The translations under genes and the position numbers were made by a program. A stretch of 64,000 nt of DNA from Ginglymostoma cirratum (taxonomy: Eukaryota): the NCBI GenBank assembly GCA_024137785.1, contig JAHRHZ010000078.1, positions 15,708,936 through 15,772,935 of the forward strand. Reading direction: 5' to 3'. Under the pieces are notes generated by a model. The model saw only the letters and a program-made list of their open reading frames with translations. It did not search any database and had not been told where the DNA came from. Shown here piece after piece: positions 25,418 to 38,642 of this stretch (positions are counted from its first letter, which is position 1; each line of letters begins with the position of its first letter).

Positions 25418-27045
25418 TCTTATTTATTCATTTTATGGGATGTGAGCATTACTGGCTAGTGACCATTTCTTGCCCATCCCTATTTACTCTTGAGAAGGTG
25501 GGGGTGAGCTGACTTATTGAACCGCTGCCGTCTACGTGCTATGGGTTGACCCACAATGCTATTAGGGAGGGAACTGCAGGATTTTGACCCAACGACACTG
25601 AAGGCACTGCGATTTATTTCCAAATCAGGATGGTGAGTGGCTTGGAGGGGAACTTGTCGGTGGTGGTGTTCCCATGTATCTTTTCCCCTTGTCCATCAAG
25701 ATGGAATTTTTCATGCATTTGGAAGGTGCTGTCTGAGGATTTTGGTGAATTTCTGCAGTGCATCTTTTGGACAGTACACACTGTGCTTCTGAACATCGGT
25801 GGTGGAGGGAGTGAATGCTTGTGGATGTAGTGCCAATCAAGTGGGCTGCTTTCTCTGGATGATGTCAATCTTCTTGAGTGTTGTTAGGGCCGTACTCATC
25901 CAACCAAGTAGGGAGTATTCCATCACACTCCTGATTTGTCCCTTGTAGATGGTGGGTTTTGGGGGTCAGGAGGTGAGCTAGTCACCGCATTATTCCTAGC
26001 TTCTGACCTGCTCTTGTAGCCACTGTGTTTATATGGTGAGTCCTGTTTGTGATCAATGGTAACTCCCAGGATGTTGATAGTGAGGGACTCAGTGATGGTA
26101 ACACCATTGAATGTCAAGGATCGGTGGTTAGATGGTGTCTTATTGGTAATGGTAATAACCTGGCATTTGTGTAGCATGAATGTTAATTGACACTCGTCAG
26201 GCCAAGGCTGGTTATTGTCCAGATTTTGTTGCATGGACTGCTTCAGTGATTGAGGAGACACGAATGAACATTGTGCTATCATCGGCAAACACCCCCAATT
26301 CTGACCTTATGATGGAGGGCAGGTCATTGATGAAGCAGCTGAAGATGGTTGGGCCTAGGACACTACCCTGAGGAATCCCCGCAGAGATGTCCTGGAGCTG
26401 AGATGACTGACCTCCAACAACCATGGTGGCTCAGTGGTTAGCACTGCAGCCTCACAGGGACCCGGGTTCAATTCCACCCTCAGGTGACTGTCTGTGTGGA
26501 GTTTGCATGTTCGCCCCGTGTCTGTGTGGGTTTCCTCCGGGTACTCCAGTTTCCTCCCACAGTCCAAAGATGTGCAGGTTAGGTGGATTGGCCGTGCTAA
26601 ATTGCCTGTTGTGTTCAGGGATGTGTAACTTTAGGGGGATGGGTGTGGGTGGGATACTCCAGAGGTTGGTGTGGACTTGTTGGGCCAAAGAGCCTGTTTC
26701 CACACTGTATGGATTCTATGATGAACCACAACCATCTTCCTATGTGTCAGGTATGACTGTAAGCACTGGAGAGTTTTCCACTGATTCCAGTTTTGCTGGG
26801 GCTCCTTAATGCCACACTTAGTTGAACGCAGCCTTGATGCCAAAGCCTGTCAATCTCACCTTACTTCTGGAATTCAGTTCTTTTGTCCATATTTGAGCCA
26901 AGACTGTAATGAAGTCAGGAGCTAAGTGGCCCTGGCAGAACCCAAACTGGGTGTCAGTGAGCAGGTTATTGCTGAGCAGGTGCTATTTGATATCACAGTT
27001 GTTGACACCGTCCATCACTTTGCTGATGATTGAAAGTAGACTGAT
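25418..27045 (-). mobile_element. CR1-clade family B LINE RT/3' region, interrupted by a HE1 SINE
   Basis: AGIPQGSVLGPTIFSCFINDLPS...GVFADD (ORF 26212..26424); family B tail at 25420-25620. Confidence 0.9.
26424..26723 (+). mobile_element. HE1-type V-SINE (tRNA-derived)
   Basis: A box tggctcagtgg, B box ggttcaattcc, V-domain gtgtggagtttgcatgtt...gggtttcctccgggtactccagtttcctcccacagtccaaaga, CR1-type tail. 5-bp TSD aacca (26419-26423 / 26724-26728). Confidence 0.92.
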
Positions 27046-27339
27046 TGTTTCAGAACCAGCCAGAGCGAACATTACTAGTTAGAATGAGAATGTCACTGCA
27101 TCTTATTCATTTAAACTTGGCAACTCCTTTCGTTTTCATACTTACTATCACATGTATAGAAGAGCACATGTGTACTCCACTGCACCCCTAACTATTCTTT
27201 CATTGAAGGAACCTTCCTAACAGCTTGTGAGAAGGCTCGTGGTTGTGACTGTCAGACAGCCCTTAGTTGTGGTGCCTTACAATCAGTGAGCCCAAGTGTG
27301 AGATTGTCCTACTGCAAGTTCCAGCTGTGAGTCCCATTG

Positions 27340-28765
27340 TGTAAGGTCATTGGAATGATATGTGGTAATATAATACATTGCTTAAGAAGGGAGGGAGGCA
27401 GAAGAGATGAAATTATAGGCTGGTTAGCTTGACCTTGGTCGTTGGTAAGATCTCAGCGTCTATTTTTAAGAATGAGATTGCAACTTACTTGGGAGCCCGT
27501 GGGGTTGAGTCAGCACGGCTTCCTCAAGGAGGATGTCATGCCTGACAAATCAGTTAGAATTCTTTGAGGAGGTAACAAGCAAGTTTGACAAAGGAAAGCC
27601 AAAGGTTATCTATTCGGATATCCAGAAGGCCTTTGACAAGTGCCACTCGGAGACTGCTAAATAAGACAAGAGCGCATGATGTTATGGGTAAAGTAGTGGC
27701 ATGGTTAGAGGATTGGCTGACTAGCACAAGACAGAGAATGGGGATAAGGGGGTCATTTTCAGGATGGCAGCTGGTAACTAGTGGAGTTCTGCAGGGGTCA
27801 GTGTTGCAACCACAACTACTTACTTTATACATTAACGATCTGGACAAAGAAACAGAAAACATTGGTGCTAAGTTTGCAGATGACAAAAAGATAGGTGGAC
27901 ACACAGATGGTGTTGAGGAAGTGGGGAGGCTGCAAAAGGATTTGGACAGGTTAGGAGAGTGGGCAAAGAAGTGGCAGATGGAATACAATAAGGCAAAGTG
28001 TGAGGTTATGCACTTTGGTAGGAAGTATAGAGGTGCAGACTATTATCTAAGTAAGAAAGAGCTTCAAAAATCTGAAACACAAAGGGGCTTGAGAGTCCTC
28101 GTTCAAGATTCTCTCAAGATTAACATTCAGGTTCAGTTGACAGTTAGGAAGGCAAATACAATGTTAGCATTGATTTCAAGAGGGCTAGAATACAAGAGCA
28201 GTGATATGCTTCCGAGGCTTTATAACACTCTGGTCAAAGCATTTTGAATATTGTGAGCAGTTTTGCTCCCTCTATCTCGGGAAGGATGTGTTGACATTGG
28301 AGGGGATTCAAAGAATGATCTGAAAATGAAGGGCTGGTCATAAGAGGAGAAGTTGAGGACTCTAGGTTTGTACTTAGAGTTTAGAAGGATGACAGGAGAT
28401 ATGATTGAAACTTACAGAATACTGAGTGGACATGAAGAAGATGTTTCCACAAGTATGAAGACTAGGACCTGAGGGCACAGCCTCAGGGTGAACGGACATC
28501 CTTTAGAACTGAGATGAGAAGGAATTTTTTTCAGCCAGCGGGTGGTGAATCTGTGGAGCTCATTGCTGCAGAAGGCTGTGGAGGCCAAGCCATTGAGTGT
28601 ATTGAAGATATAGATAGTTAAGTTCTTGGTGAGTAAGGGGATCACATATTAAGGGGAGAAGGCAGGAGAATAAGCTGAGAAAGATATCAGCCATGACTGA
28701 ATGGCAGAGTAGAACTGATGGGCCAAATGACCTAATTCTGCTCCTGTATCTTATGGTCTTATGAG
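27340..28765 (+). mobile_element. CR1 LINE RT and 3' UTR, decayed
   Basis: SGVLQGSVL, YINDLD, KFADD and LGEWAKKWQMEYN in ORF 27585..28247; tail tcttatggtcttatg. Confidence 0.92.
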
Positions 28766-29944
28766 TATGGATCTTACCGGCAGCAGGAGAGAAATTCATA
28801 CCATTTATTGCCATTTTGTATTTCCCTAGGATCCATGTCACCATTGATTTGTTAATGACCAGATTTTATTATATTAATGTCATTGAACCACTGTCAATGG
28901 CCTTATTGAATCATCAAGTCTTCTCTAGCAGAAGATGGCATTGCATTCCAAGGATTGTGTTGCCCCGGATGGGAAAGGAGGAGAGCAGCAATGAGTTCCC
29001 AGGATGCCAAGATGGAATGCATCATGTATGTAAGTGATAGAATCCTTCAGATTAGCTACCATATGTTAAAGCTGTTGCTATAGTCTTCAGCGATAACAAA
29101 TGTTTCGCCTCACTTGGTTAGTGTGCTGGACATCAAGCACCACTGTTCTGGAGTTGCCACAAAATTTAAAGATATTATAAAAGAATGCAAATCCCCAAGT
29201 TAATTCTTTTAGACGAAGGGTTGACAGAAAACACATACCAGTTTTCAGCACTCAATGAAAATAATTGTTTATTATAAGTAAATAGATTCCATCTAGTAAA
29301 TAATTATGAAATTTTAGTGTACAGCTTTATGGGTAAAACTCTAAATACTTAGAAAACTGTTCCTAAACTCACGTATATAGACAGACAAAAAGAAGGGTGT
29401 TATGGGCAGGGAGAAAGACTGGGAAGGGAATTCAGTGGCCACTGTCGACAAGGGATGCTGAGATAATCCTTTTATCTTGTCAGAATTTGTGCTTTTCGAT
29501 CTTCCTTTTCTAGGTACTTTCATTTGCTTGCAGGTGGCACGGAGAGACTGGTTCTCAACTTATGAAGTCTCTGATGTATTTGTTAAAAGCAACACCTCAC
29601 AGCAACTTGTGAGAAGAAATAAATTAGCTTTCTTCAGGTTTAGGTTTTTTTTTCAATTGCAGAGTACAGGAATGTACCTTTCTGGAGATCCAAGGCTTCT
29701 GACCAAATATTCACACCCACAAGCTGTTCAGGTACTTGCTCAGGCAGACAAACACACAGTTGTCTGAAGATAGAAAGCTTTTGTCATTGACAACTGGTCA
29801 CCACTCCACACACCAATTAGCTACTTGTTGCCATCCAAATCTCCCTTTGCGCGCACACACACTGTGGCTTCAGCTCATCTGTGGTAACCTCTCACCACTG
29901 ATTGAAGATGCAGTAGTACAACCAATAAGTGTCAGGTAACTTAC

Positions 29945-29995
29945 TTTTAAAAGTTCGGTTTCTAAAGTAGTCCTTTACACTTTTCAGTCCACAAG
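29945..29995 (-). CDS. Candidate 51-nt symmetric (phase 1-1) exon
   Basis: Acceptor attttatatttctcattctttag, donor AAA|gtaagt. Single open frame xCGLKSVKDYFRNRTFK. Confidence 0.3.
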
Positions 29996-30937
29996 CTAAA
30001 GAATGAGAAATATAAAATGTTATTGCCTTTACACAACGATACTTCATACTTAGAAAACATTCTTTATTTATGGCATTTCCGTCCTTAAAAGCTGTGGCAC
30101 GTTTTCTATTCCTTCCATTCCAACTCCAACTGCTCCTGCTCGCAGTTTTCCCCATAGTAGTACTGTCAAACTCACTGTTTTATTCCCTGGAGTGGACTTC
30201 CCTATTTCATGCCAGAAAAAATTAAAGGCAAGATGTGTCATAAAATTAAATTGTTGTCCCTGACTTGCCCCTCAACTTTTTTTGCGCCACAGTTCGAGAA
30301 GCAGTAAAAGAAAAATTGCTACCAGCGTGTTGTCAACTATCAATTGCTTTAATTTAGTATATTTTAAAATGGTAAAACATCAGAAGGTACTTCACAAAGC
30401 CATATCAGTCAAGATTTGGTACTGAGGAACTAATGGTGATATTAGGATGAATGACTAATGCATTGATTTCCATGGAAATAAAAATTAGGATGACTCCAAA
30501 ATATGCAGTTGCTTGTTTTAATATCCTTGTACAAAATCAAAATCCAGTCCATCGAGTTAGGATGTGCCAACAAGAATGATGGAAAAATCCAGGGTAATAA
30601 TGGTAGAAAAGACTGAAAAATGTAACCGTCTGACGTTTCTACTAGTTTTCTTCCAACTTCCAGATTTAAATCAAGGGGAAAATTAGCATAAGCAGCATAA
30701 TATAAATAACTTCTGTTGGATTTTTTCTGCCAATCTTCCACTGACAGGGCAGTTCAGGGATCCACCATCAAAATTCCACCCCAACATATCCTTTTTCATT
30801 CATTTCTGTGTTCTGATGCAACTCCCACTACTGTTGATAAATTCCTTAAATAATTATATTTTATTTACAGCACTCTTTCCAAACACATTCAGATATATTA
30901 AAGCAAGAATAGTTAGTATAGTCACAGTTATATTTTC

Positions 30938-31531
30938 CTAGATAGTAGGAACTGCAGATGCTGGAGAATCTGAGATAAGAAGGTGCAGAGCTGGATGAAC
31001 ACAGCAGGCCAAGCAGCATCAGAGGAGCAGGAAGGCTGACGTTTCGGGCCTNNNNNNNNNNNNNNNNNNNNNNNNNNNNNNNNNNNNNNNNNNNNNNNNN
31101 NNNNNNNNNNNNNNNNNNNNNNNNNNNNNNNNNNNNNNNNNNNNNNNNNNNNNNNNNNNNNNNNNNNNNNNNNNNNNNNNNNNNNNNNNNNNNNNNNNNN
31201 NNNNNNNNNNNNNNNNNNNNNNNNNNNNNNNNNNNNNNNNNNNNNNNNNNNNNNNNNNNNNNNNNNNNNNNNNNNNNNNNNNNNNNNNNNNNNNNNNNNN
31301 NNNNNNNNNNNNNNNNNNNNNNNNNNNNNNNNNNNNNNNNNNNNNNNNNNNNNNNNNNNNNNNNNNNNNNNNNNNNNNNNNNNNNNNNNNNNNNNNNNNN
31401 NNNNNNNNNNNNNNNNNNNNNNNNNNNNNNNNNNNNNNNNNNNNNNNNNNNAGGCCCGAAACGTCAGCCTTCCTGCTCCTCTGATGCTGCTTGGCCTGCT
31501 GTGTTCATCCAGCTCTACACCTTGTTATCTC
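30938..31531. mobile_element. Young PLE-derived insertion with near-identical inverted pLTR arms around an assembly gap
   Basis: 30971-31051 is the reverse complement of 31452-31531 with few mismatches. TSD tatattttc (30929-30937 / 31532-31540). Confidence 0.9.
31052..31450. other. Assembly gap (399 N)
   Basis: Run of n. Confidence 1.
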
Positions 31532-32339
31532 TATATTTTCAGATCCATCCTTTCTCTTTCCGCAAAGCCTATTTCTGAGAATGGAGGAAATAGCAGGTGT
31601 GTATTAACAAACTGAGTGTATTTATAACAGCAACATAGGGTAATGGCCATGCCAAAATATCATTGTTTATATGGAGACTGTCAGCAAAGAAGGTAATGTT
31701 TCAAAATACTGAATAACATGGTTCATAGATTGAATAGTTAAAACATCTGCCGTAGTGACATCAATTGTAACGTGCTCCATCATGCACTCGCTAAGTATTT
31801 TATGTTCATAATAAAACAGGACATGAGGAAAGATTTGTCAAAATTGAGAAGTAATAGGCATATTGCTTTGAGACAGGATATTCACTGTGGACAATGTCAT
31901 TAGAAATGGCCTTTACTCTCTTAATAAATTGCAAAGCTGTTCCACAGTCATTGTCACTGTGCAATATGAAACGCAATACACTGTGACACTTTGATTAATC
32001 ATTCACCTTTGCAACAGAGCCAAACAGTTTGTTTAAGGTTGGAAGGTATTGAATCTAGATGGCAAATATTGACGTGAGAAACATTGAATCAATGCAAAAA
32101 GCAGTGTTAATCACTGATTATGAATGTGATAAACATCAAGGCACAATTAGTTCCCACCTTGATAAAATATTACTGTTTGTCAAAATTGTGCAAGACATTG
32201 AAAAGGAGACAAAATAATTAAGATTTCTGATAAGCTTGTTTTCTCCTTGGCTCTTTTTGCCTATCTCTCCCACAAAATGTTTCAGATTAATAGTAGTTTT
32301 CTAGCTACATAATCCTACCGGTTATTCTTAATATGACAG

Positions 32340-32850
32340 CCTATGCAGTGGGTGGTCCCTTCTAATATTTGCATGCATTTTTGTGACTCTTCAACTTTTA
32401 ATGTTTTCCATTGTTCTCCAATCTTCACCCCTTTAAACATAAATAAGTGTATTTTGGCAATGTATGTCAAAATGCTGTTAGCTTTGTTAACTTCCACTTT
32501 GCTTTGGTTAGAAATATTTAGCAGTGAATTTACTAATATTATGAATTCACTTCATTTTCATGCCTGGTTATTTTGACATCATTCATGAAGTGCATATATC
32601 ATCATCCATTTTGTCTTCCTGTGTGGAGCACGTTACACTTATCTATCGTAAAGCTATTCTCGCATTCTTTCACCCATGTGTCTATTTTATCCAGCTGACT
32701 CTTAATTTCTGAGCTAACTCTTCCAGTTCCAATGTCTACACATGGTTCAGTGTCATCTGCGAATTTGACCAGTTTGCATCGAGTCTTTAGATCAAGAAAA
32801 TTCATAGAAAATAGAAATAGTTGTGATCACAACATTGAGCCCTGGCTGTG
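32340..32850 (-). mobile_element. Ancient CR1 RT fragment
   Basis: ORF 32602..32805 KLVKFADDT...DKCNVLHTGR. Confidence 0.75.
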
Positions 32851-32899
32851 CTAGTCAGAATGTTCTTCAATCCTCTAATACATACTGATGTTTTCCAAC

Positions 32900-33210
32900 T
32901 TTATTTTAATTGGTAGAAATGTCCAAAACATGAGGACATTATCTTAACATTGGCACTAGGCCATTCAGAAGGGATGTCAGGAAGTACACCTTCATACAAA
33001 AGGGAGTAGGAATCTTGAACACTCTCCCCAAATGGCTGTTGGAATCAGATCAATCAACCTTGTCAAAGCTAAGATTAACAGATTATTCTTAGGTTACAGT
33101 TATACAGTTATTAAACAAAGGTGAACAAATTGAGTTCTCATTGACATCAGCATAGTCTAATTGAATGTTGGAAAAGACTTAAAGATAAAATTGCCTACTT
33201 TCATTTCTAT
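32900..33210 (+). mobile_element. CR1 3' fragment inserted in older CR1
   Basis: ggccattcagaagggatgtcaggaagtacaccttcatacaaagggagtaggaatc CR1 terminal pattern. Confidence 0.6.
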
Positions 33211-33497
33211 GTTCCCTTTAGTTGGTTTCATATCCATTTGCGGAGTTAGTTGAACACGCACAGCTTCAAGTTTAATTAATAGACTTTTGTGGGGAAGTTT
33301 ATTAAAACCATTTGGAAGTTGTGGTGAACCGCAAGTAGCTTTTAAAAATTCCCTAAGCACAGTTACTGAAGTTTTGATAAATTAGTTACAATATTAGATT
33401 TAGAAAGGAAAACTTCTATCTGTTGCAGTTCAAGAGAATAATGTATTTGAGTTGTGCCAATTTGAAACTTGAAACCCTGCTCAGAGATTTGGGACAT

Positions 33498-35300
33498 TGG
33501 GTCGAATTTTCCCAGTCCCTAAGCAGTGCGGGCAATGACAAGTCAGGCGGAAAAATTTGGCAAGGTTAGATTCTTGGCATCAGGAAAACAAAATCAGATT
33601 TTGTAACCAAGTCTTGAATCCAGAAATAAGAATCTCACTTGTGAGTGACAATGGGCTTATTTGCATACATTAACATCTCACTGTGATCTAGTCTCACCGC
33701 AATTTTATGTAGTTGCAAATTTTTCAAGCACTCAAGAGAAATTAGATGGCTATAATTCCCGACATGTAAGTCCCCAGTGATATAGGTTAGGTTGCACGGA
33801 CAAGGACTGCCTGCAACCCCGACCACAGAGGTTGGCATCAGACACACATCAGCCTCCTCACATCCTCATGGCACATCTTTGAATCATTTGGAATACAATT
33901 TACCACTTCAGTCCTGCACTTCAGAGCATACCAGTACCTTCCATTGTAACGTTGTCTCCCCACCTCTATTTGGACGCAAGGGTGTGCACCTATCTCAGGG
34001 CACCTCATTTGCTCCCTTAGCACTCATTCATTTTGCACCTACTTCAACGCTCACGGCATCTCTGCCTTGCCTTGCTTTGCAGGTTTGCATTTTGCCACCT
34101 CATTCAAAACTTACAGGCTCAGTGTTTCTGGCTTGCTTTGTTGCTATACACATTCACAAAGCCAGGCAGCTTGTCATTTTTGTCAGCAGTCATCTATCAA
34201 GGTGGTCAACGTGTTACTGTACAACACTATGCTATATCACATCTACATATGTGCCAGCAGTTTATGTGGCAAACACACTGCATGTGGTGCAACCAAGTGG
34301 CCATATCTCAAATTCTAAGGGGCATAATCCGTGGTCAAGACTAATGGAATTGTCACCAGTGAAAGCGTGCATCGCTGTTAGTAAAGGGCAGCATCCAATC
34401 TCCGTCCAGGAGTTTAGACACAGCAGTTCAGCTGCTTGGTATGCCAGGGTCAGGGAGTCTATGTCAATACAGTCCAGGGAATGGGCCTTGGTCAGTCCTG
34501 CAGTTCCAATGCAACAGTCTGAGGATTCAGAGTATGTTAAGAAGCTTTACAGAGATCAGTCAGGGGTCTGATTACTATCAGTCAGGCTGTTCTTCATGTC
34601 AGTCTGGTGGACAGCAGTGAGAGGGGCGAATTGCAGTACCATGAGTCTGCTCAATAAAAGTCAAGAGCTGCTATCAGGAGCCACTGCTGTGGTAGGGAAG
34701 CTGAGGAAGTCAGTGGTACAGTTTTGAGACAGCATGCTGGGATGCAGAGGTAACAATAATTGTGAAGGGGAGAAACTCACCATATAAGGGTTGGTAACAA
34801 TAGTTCATTGGAGGACAATAATTACCATGGGAAGGAGCTTATTGACAACCACAATCAACAGAGGAACTGTGTAGCACAATAGTTGGTATAGCAACACTGT
34901 AGGGCTGAGGCTGAAAGGCTAATATCAGGAGATGAAGCCTTAAATAAAAGAGTTGGGTGGAATTGGGTAGAAGCTCAGGTCCAAAAAAAGTCAACAGGGA
35001 GACCAAGAAAGCAATAAACATAAAGGTTTCTGGGGGTCCCTTGATGACTCAACCAAGTCTATGACTGGACTCTGCCAAGCACAACTTGTGCTGCTTTCCT
35101 TCCTCATCAAATTACAAATGCACAATGGAAAAGCAAAATGGTTATAATACCGAAAATGGGCTGAGTAAGTTTGTTTTTCTGTCTGAGCACATGGGCTGTA
35201 CCTGTAAGTGATATGAGGTCCTACAAGGGACAATCACATTAATCAGGCACTTAAACTGTACAGGATGAAGACACCTGTGATCATAACACTCTGTGTATGA
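33498..35300 (+). mobile_element. Decayed Harbinger-like DNA transposon
   Basis: Terminus-like gggtcgaattttcc; CHLIQNLQAQ remnant resembling a Harbinger transposase N-terminus. Right boundary uncertain. Confidence 0.4.
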
Positions 35301-36035
35301 AAAGCATGCAGTGTCCAACTGTGTGGGATACAAATTCTCATCACAAGCAAATCCTTGCCATTGGTCATTACAGAAGATGGGTAAAAGTAAAAACAAAAAA
35401 AGCAGCAAAGAAAGCAGGTGGAAGTGGAGAGGCCTGGGGCCAGGGCCCCAAACACAGTGCTGCTACTCTACCGCCATCTTGAAAAGATGATGTTGCTCTC
35501 ACTTACTTTCTTTATGTCTCCCATCTCCTTCGTTCAAATCTTTTCATGAAGGTTTTCTTAGGTCAAGCTTTCAAATTTTATAACAATACTATTCTCCTAT
35601 TTCGTAACTATATTTACTTGAATTGGGACAAAAATATACTCCTTTCTGAACTTATCCAAGTTAATTAACATACTTTGAACCTACTTTTTCTTTAAATCTT
35701 GCACTTTATCCATAAAGTTTTCTGTCATCATCAGCATTTCTGTGTAACCCATGAACAAAATCAGTTGTGCCTCAAGTTTCATAGTCAGAATTGTTTATTT
35801 TGTTCTTTGTTGTCTTTCTGATCTGATAGTTTTACTTCAATTATCCTTTCTTTCTACCCGATCTTCTCTTTGTGATCATTTCTTTTTCTTATGGTAAATA
35901 CTTTGGTAACAATAAAATGCTTGTGAATGCTTTATAGGATTGGAAGTTGGTAAATAAATGTTTAGATTTCCTGGAACCTAGGAAAGGTGCCAGATCAAGG
36001 TCAAAGAAAGAAGATCAGGCACATAGATGATCCTT

Positions 36036-38258
36036 GGACATAGCAAGAACTGCAGATGCTGGAGTCAGAGACCATAGAGTGTGGAGCTCAAGGAACACAG
36101 CAGGTTAGGTAACATCAGAGGAGCAGGAAAGTTGATGTTTCAGGTTTACACCCTTCATTAGATCTGGGGAAGGGGAAGGGAGCTTGGAAAAAAGGGGGTG
36201 TGGGGCTGGGGGAAGGTAGTTTGGGATGGTGATAGGGGCTTGCAGGTAGGGTGTAGTGGAGATTGGTCAGTGGGGAGGGTGGGGCGGACAGGTGGGAAAG
36301 AAGATGGACAGGTTGTGTCATGCCAAGGAGGCGGGGATGAGAGAGAGGGTTGGACACGGGATGAGGCTGGGCGTGGGGAGATTTTGAAACACATGAATTC
36401 TATGTTGAGGCCATTGGGCTGTAGGCTCCCGAGGTGGAATATGAGGTGTTGTTTCTCCAGTTTGCATATGACATCATTGTGACATTGGAGGAGGAGCAGG
36501 ATGGACATGTCACCAAGAGAGTGGGAGCGGGAGTTAAAATGGTTGGTGACTGGAAGGTGTTGTTGATCATAGCGTACAGAGCACAGATGCTCTGGAATCA
36601 GTCACTGAGTTTGCGTTTGGTCTTACCGATGTAGTGGAGACCACATCGGGAGCAACAGATACAGTAACCAGGTTGGAGGATGTACAGGCAAATCCCTGTC
36701 AGATTTGGAAAGATTGTCTGGGGCCTTGGGCGGAGGTAACGCAGGAGGTGTACGGGCAGGTATAGCACCTCCTGCAGTGGGGTCGATGGGGAGTATGGAG
36801 CAGATGAGGGAGTCACAGAGTGAGCGGTCCCTACGAAAGGTAGATAAGGGGTGGGGAGGGAAATATCTCTTTGGTGGTGGGGTCAGATTGCAGGTGGCAG
36901 AAGTGACGGAGGATGACGTGCTGGATGCGAAGGTTGGTGGGGTGGTATGTGAGGACCAGGGGGACTCTGTCCTTGTTTTTGTTGGGGGGAGGTGTTTTGA
37001 GGGCAGAAATGCGGGAATTGCAAGAAATGTGGTCGAGGGCATTATGAATCAATGGGAGGGTGGAAGTTGTGGCCCTTGAAATAGGAGGACATCTGGGATG
37101 TCCGGGAGTGGAACGCTCCAACTTGGGCGCAGATGTGGAGGAATTGGGAGTGTAGGATCGCATTCTTGCAGGAAGATGATTAAGAGGACGTGTAGTCAAG
37201 GTAGCTATGGGAGTTAGTGTGTTTGAAATAGACTTCGGTGCTGAGGCGGTTACCGGAGATGGAGACGGAGAGTTCCAGGAAGGGAAGGGAGCTATCGGAG
37301 ATGGTCCAGCTGAACTTGAGGTTTGGGTGAAAGGTGTTGGTAAAGTTGATGAACTGTTCAAACTCCTCGTGGGAGCACGAGGCAGTACCGATACAGTCAT
37401 CGATATAGTGGAGGAAGAGTTGAGGGATGTTCCCAGTGTAACATCGGAAGAGGGACTGTTCTATATATCCTATGAAGAGGCACCCATAGCTTGGACCCAT
37501 ACCGGTGCCCATAGTCACCCCCTTAGTTTGTAGGAAGGGGGAGGAGTTGAAGGAAAAGTGGTTGACGGTAAGGACAAGTTACGTTAGACAGATGAGGGTG
37601 TCTGTGGAAGGGGACTGGTTGAGCCTGTGGGAGAGGAAGAAGTGGAGGGATTTTAGGCAGTCTGCATGGGGGATATGGGTATACAGGGATTGGACGTCCA
37701 TGGTGAAGATGAGTTGTTGGAGGCCAGGGAATTGAAAGTCTTGGAGGAGGTGGAGGGCATCGCTAGTGTCCCAAATGTAGGTGGGGAGTTCCTGGATTGG
37801 GGGGGGGGGGTGGTTGGAAATGGAGGTGAGTTCAGTGAGGCAGGAGTAGGCAGAGACAAAGGGACTGGAGGAACAACACCTCATATTCTGCTTCGGGAGC
37901 CTACAGTCCGATGTCCTAAACATGGAATTCACCAGTTTTAAAATCTCTCCACCCCCATTTCATCCCATGTCCAACCCTGCCTCTCACCCCACCTCCTTGA
38001 CGTGACACAAGCTGTCATTCTTCTTTCCCACCTATCCACCCCATTCTTCTCACTGACCAATCTCCACTACCCCCTACCTGCATGGATCTATCACCATCCC
38101 ACCTACCTTCCCCCATCCCCAGCCCCAGACTCCCAATTATTTCCAAGCTCACTGCCCCCACCTCAGTCCTGATGAAGGATGTAAACCTGAAACGTCAACT
38201 TTCCTGCTCCTGTGACGCTACTTGGCCTGCTGTGTTCCTCGAGCTCCACACTATATTG
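36036..38258 (-). mobile_element. Penelope-like retroelement (RT + GIY-YIG), with inverted 3'-end copy at about 37862-38258
   Basis: IFTMDVQSLYTHIPH, MGTGMGPSYGCLFIGY, LHYIDDC and CGLHYIGKTKRKL motifs. Exact 15-bp TSD acatagatgatcctt (36021-36035 / 38259-38273). Confidence 0.95.
38165..38200 (+). ncRNA. Minimal hammerhead ribozyme motif of PLE pLTR
   Basis: CUGAUGA (38169-38175), AGG/CCU stem II, GAAA-CG-UC with palindromic ACGU helix III; weak helix I AGU/ACU. Confidence 0.7.
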
Positions 38259-38464
38259 ACATAGATGATCCTTTCTATCTGAGAGCTAATGCAATTCTTT
38301 AGAGTTTCCAGTTAGTGCTCACAGTAATTTTAAAGGGGGAAGAGGAAAGGAGTTTAAGAAGATGGTTCATTATGTGGAATAGTACCTATAGGTTCTTCTT
38401 TGTCTCCAGGGTTCTCCTAGACTAACATCAGCTCAGAGGAATCATGCAGGATAGAGCAGAACAC

Positions 38465-38642
38465 CAATACAATTACAACACTTAAACAGCATCTGGATGG
38501 GTACATGAATAGGAAAGATTTAAAGGGATATGAGCCAAATGCTGGCAAATGGGACTAGATTTATCTAGGATATCTGGTTGGCATGGAGAAGTTGGACTGA
38601 ACGGTCTGTTTTCATGCTATAAATCCCTATGACACTATGACC
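38465..38642 (+). mobile_element. CR1 (HER1-like) 3' tail
   Basis: ctggatgggtacatgaataggaaag...ctatgacactatgac. Similar tails at about 12970-13030, 40250-40520 and 63430-63560. Confidence 0.8.

Noticed and set aside
26424-26500. tRNA-like A/B boxes
   Set aside because: Head of a HE1 SINE; no complete cloverleaf, so not a tRNA gene.
33792-34571. 259-aa ORF
   Set aside because: No recognisable domain, non-ATG start, lies in decayed Harbinger-like repeat.
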